The position numbers were made by a program, and so were the translations under genes. The notes below the pieces were generated by a model. The model searched no databases and was not told the origin of the DNA. It saw only the letters and a list, made by a program, of their open reading frames with translations. From a virus, in IMG/VR virus record IMGVR_UViG_3300045988_175722, positions 40,206-104,205 of that record: a DNA stretch of 64,000 bases; one strand, written 5' to 3'. This document shows, one piece after another, positions 61,993-64,000 of this stretch (position 1 is its first letter; each line of letters starts with the position of its first letter).

Positions 61993-62120
61993 CAGCGCAC
62001 CAACTACTGGAGTTGTTGTGAGAACAGTGCAGACAACGCTCGCAATCTGAATTTCTCCAATGGCAATCGCGGCAACAACGGTAAGGGTAATACGAATCGT
62101 GTGCGACCTGTTACGGCATT
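61993..62120 (+). repeat. DGR template repeat (TR)
   Basis: Rich in AAC/AAT codons (…ACC AAC TAC…AAC AGT GCA GAC AAC…AAT CTG AAT…). It sits 12 nt upstream of the RT ORF. Confidence 0.9.
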
Positions 62121-62132
62121 AGTTTAAGGAAA

Positions 62133-63389
62133 GTGGGAAAGAGTACGGTTATGGTACAAGCAGAAGAGATTTTGGCGGCACATTGCGATTGCATTGATGG
62201 TAAGGCATCGTCACCCGATGCCATTGCGTTTGACGTGGCTCTCTTTGAGAACATCATCAGCCCTACCGACAGCATCAATGCACGTGACTACCAACCTCTG
62301 CCTTCCATCACATTTGTCGTTCCCAAGCCTGTTTATCGTGAGGTGTTTGCTGCCAACTATCGTGATAGAGTGATTCATCACTACATAGCCCTGCGCCTTG
62401 AACCCCTTTACGAAGAGGTATTTAGCGACCGCACCTTTAATTGCAGACGCGGCAAAGGCCAGCTTTACGGCATCAAGCGCCTGGAGGCAGACATCCGAGA
62501 AGCTAGTGATAACTATAAGTACCCCTGCTGGTGCCTACGTGGCGACATGCAGGGCTTTTTCATGAGCATCCCTCGCCAGCGCCTCGCTGACAAGGTGGAT
62601 GCTTTTATCGTCAAGAACTACAAGGGCGACGACATAGAGGATTTGCGCTATGTGAGCCGCATTACCATTATGAACGATCCTACCCGTAATTGCATCCGCC
62701 GTTCGCCCGAGAGCGAGTTTGCGAAAGTTCCGGCAGGCAAAACCCTGAGTACTACCAAGCAGGGCTGCGGCTTGCCTATCGGCAACCTGACCAGTCAGCA
62801 TGATGCCAACTTCTGGCTTAATGATTTCGACTGGATGTTTGAAATTTTCCTCCATATTTATTACCACGGCAGATACGTGGATGATTTCTATGCCGTGCAT
62901 CGCAGCAAGATGGTTCTCGTGAATGCCATCCCCTATATTCGCCATTATCTGGGCGACTATGGCATCAAACTGCACCCAAGAAAAATCAGTCTTCAGTTAT
63001 GCAGCCGTGGTGTAAAGTTTACAGGCATGGTGGTGAAAAACGGCAGGATTTATGCCAGCAACCGCACCGTGGCCAACTTCCGTGACTTAATCTACAAGAT
63101 GAATCTTTTGCCGCAAGACTACACGCTGGATCAGATAAACGCCTACCTCTGTTCCATCAACAGTTACCTGGGCTACATGCGCCATTGCAGCAGTTACGCC
63201 ATCCGCAAAAAGGTGATGCTGATGATGGACCGCCGCTTTTACCGGCATATCTATATCAAGGGCAGATACGAGAGCGTAGCCTTGAAAAACAAGTATAAAC
63301 GCCTGCGTGAAGCAAGAAAGATACTAGCCCATGCCAGCAGCAAGAAGTTTGATTATCTGATGGATAATTACGATAAGCTCTGTGCGTAA
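62133..63389 (+). CDS. DGR reverse transcriptase
   Basis: GLPIGNLTSQ (DGR-type [ILV]GxxxSQ motif) and GRYVDDFYAV (YxDD). The first ATG is at 62151. Confidence 0.9.
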   Translation: MGKSTVMVQAEEILAAHCDCIDGKASSPDAIAFDVALFENIISPTDSINARDYQPLPSITFVVPKPVYREVFAANYRDRVIHHYIALRLEPLYEEVFSDRTFNCRRGKGQLYGIKRLEADIREASDNYKYPCWCLRGDMQGFFMSIPRQRLADKVDAFIVKNYKGDDIEDLRYVSRITIMNDPTRNCIRRSPESEFAKVPAGKTLSTTKQGCGLPIGNLTSQHDANFWLNDFDWMFEIFLHIYYHGRYVDDFYAVHRSKMVLVNAIPYIRHYLGDYGIKLHPRKISLQLCSRGVKFTGMVVKNGRIYASNRTVANFRDLIYKMNLLPQDYTLDQINAYLCSINSYLGYMRHCSSYAIRKKVMLMMDRRFYRHIYIKGRYESVALKNKYKRLREARKILAHASSKKFDYLMDNYDKLCA

Positions 63390-63469
63390 TCGGGCATTTT
63401 TTTATATGTATATATGGTATAAAAAATATACGTTTTATCAATATTAAATCTAGAAAATGTAAAGAAATC

Positions 63470-63634
63470 ATGCAGTATAATTTATCAAGAAATCGCGATA
63501 AAGTGAAGATAATTTCAAAATTAACCCTAAAATCCCTCCCTTCTGAGCAAGAAATTGCAAAAATCATAAAAAATGGATATGAAATCGAGTTCTTCCGTCA
63601 GGGCAATGATGTGGTATGCCTAATAAGCGAATAA
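63470..63634 (+). CDS. small hypothetical protein
   Basis: 54 codons below the track cutoff: MQYNLSRNRDKVKIISKLTLKSLPSEQEIAKIIKNGYEIEFFRQGNDVVCLISE. Confidence 0.3.
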   Translation: MQYNLSRNRDKVKIISKLTLKSLPSEQEIAKIIKNGYEIEFFRQGNDVVCLISE

Positions 63635-63698
63635 AAAGCCTATCAGCTACAAACTACAAGATCGAAGCCTATCAACTATAAACTAGCAGCTATAAACT

Positions 63699-63734
63699 AA
63701 AAAAAAGCCCTACTATCCTCACGGACGGCAGGGC
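63699..63734 (-). terminator. intrinsic terminator for leftward transcription
   Basis: The minus strand reads GCCCTGCCGTCCGTGAGGATAGTAGGGC followed by TTTTTTTT. The hairpin sequence is shared with 30994-31019. Confidence 0.55.
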
Positions 63735-63881
63735 GCATCAATTTTAATACTTTTTCTTTTAAAGATTATAAGCCCACTTCCGGAAGAAGCGAACTTTTAG
63801 CGCCTGCAAAGTTACGAATAAAATTCCGATTACGCGCAATTTTTGGAATAAAAAGAAGATTTTCTCTGAAAAATCCCTCAA

Positions 63882-63917
63882 AAAGTCTTCCGCCAGGCGT
63901 TCCGGCGGATTTGAAAT
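63882..63917. repeat. dispersed partial copy of the IR-A/IR-B unit
   Basis: AAAGTCTTCCGCCAGGCGTTCCGGCGGATTTGAAATC, with a truncated palindrome. Confidence 0.65.
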
Positions 63918-64000
63918 CATAAGTGGTTGAAAGATTATTTTAGGCATGTTGCTCTATAAAGTAGGATTTCCTTTTTTAAGGAATCCTACTTCTTATAGTA

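Larger units (their letters stand above)
60362..63389 (+). mobile_element. diversity-generating retroelement (target/VR, avd, TR, RT)
   Basis: The 128-nt VR/TR pair differs only at TR adenines. Avd-like and DGR-type RT genes are adjacent. Confidence 0.9.

Noticed and set aside
63759-63947. A 62-aa minus-strand ORF at the right edge of the window.
   Set aside because: It overlaps a partial copy of the IR-A/IR-B repeat unit (63882-63917) and low-complexity sequence. A real leftward gene may exist beyond the window, as the terminator at 63699-63734 suggests, but this ORF is not convincing.

Overview
The window reads as one contiguous piece of a tailed dsDNA phage or prophage. Genes are tightly packed and mostly on the + strand, with one leftward operon at 10.6-15.8 kb. 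The host is probably a Bacteroidota member, inferred only from TAnnTTTG-type -7 boxes and the lack of Shine-Dalgarno spacing.

Modules I can support from the sequence:
- **1-10.4 kb:** about 22 small early genes of unknown function.
- **10.6-15.8 kb (- strand):** a leftward operon with the large terminase and two DNA methyltransferases.
- **16-24.3 kb:** a holin-like gene and a 2091-aa tape measure protein.
- **24.4-28.4 kb:** an iteron-rich origin-like region, a primase-like gene, a dNMP-kinase-like gene and a ThyX-like gene.
- **31.2-36 kb:** S49 protease/scaffold, major capsid candidate and GH108 endolysin.
- **37-40.7 kb:** an unusual C5-methyltransferase locus.
- **41-60.3 kb:** a portal-like gene and large virion, baseplate and fibre genes, interrupted by a beta-ketoacyl synthase plus acyl carrier protein pair.
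- **60.4-63.4 kb:** a complete diversity-generating retroelement (DGR).

Main observations from the hunt:
1. A circularly permuted C5-MTase core is flanked by at least 13 translationally coupled mini-ORFs. Each looks like a stand-alone target-recognition domain (TRD), and many carry G/C homopolymer tracts.
2. There are eleven G/C tracts of 7-9 nt, concentrated in methyltransferase genes. Every tract that is in frame at 8 nt is either at 8 or exactly one base away from it.
3. A roughly 31-40 nt C-rich hairpin element occurs 15 times, always in the same orientation and usually just after a stop codon. Several copies show compensatory stem changes.
4. Two inverted copies of a ~195-bp composite of GGATTTGAAATCC palindromes bracket a 9.6-kb structural block.
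5. Eight copies of a fixed-spacing bipartite promoter are present, plus a divergent switch region built from heptamer repeats.

No tRNA, rRNA or CRISPR array was found. All functional calls rest on motifs read by eye. No database search was run.
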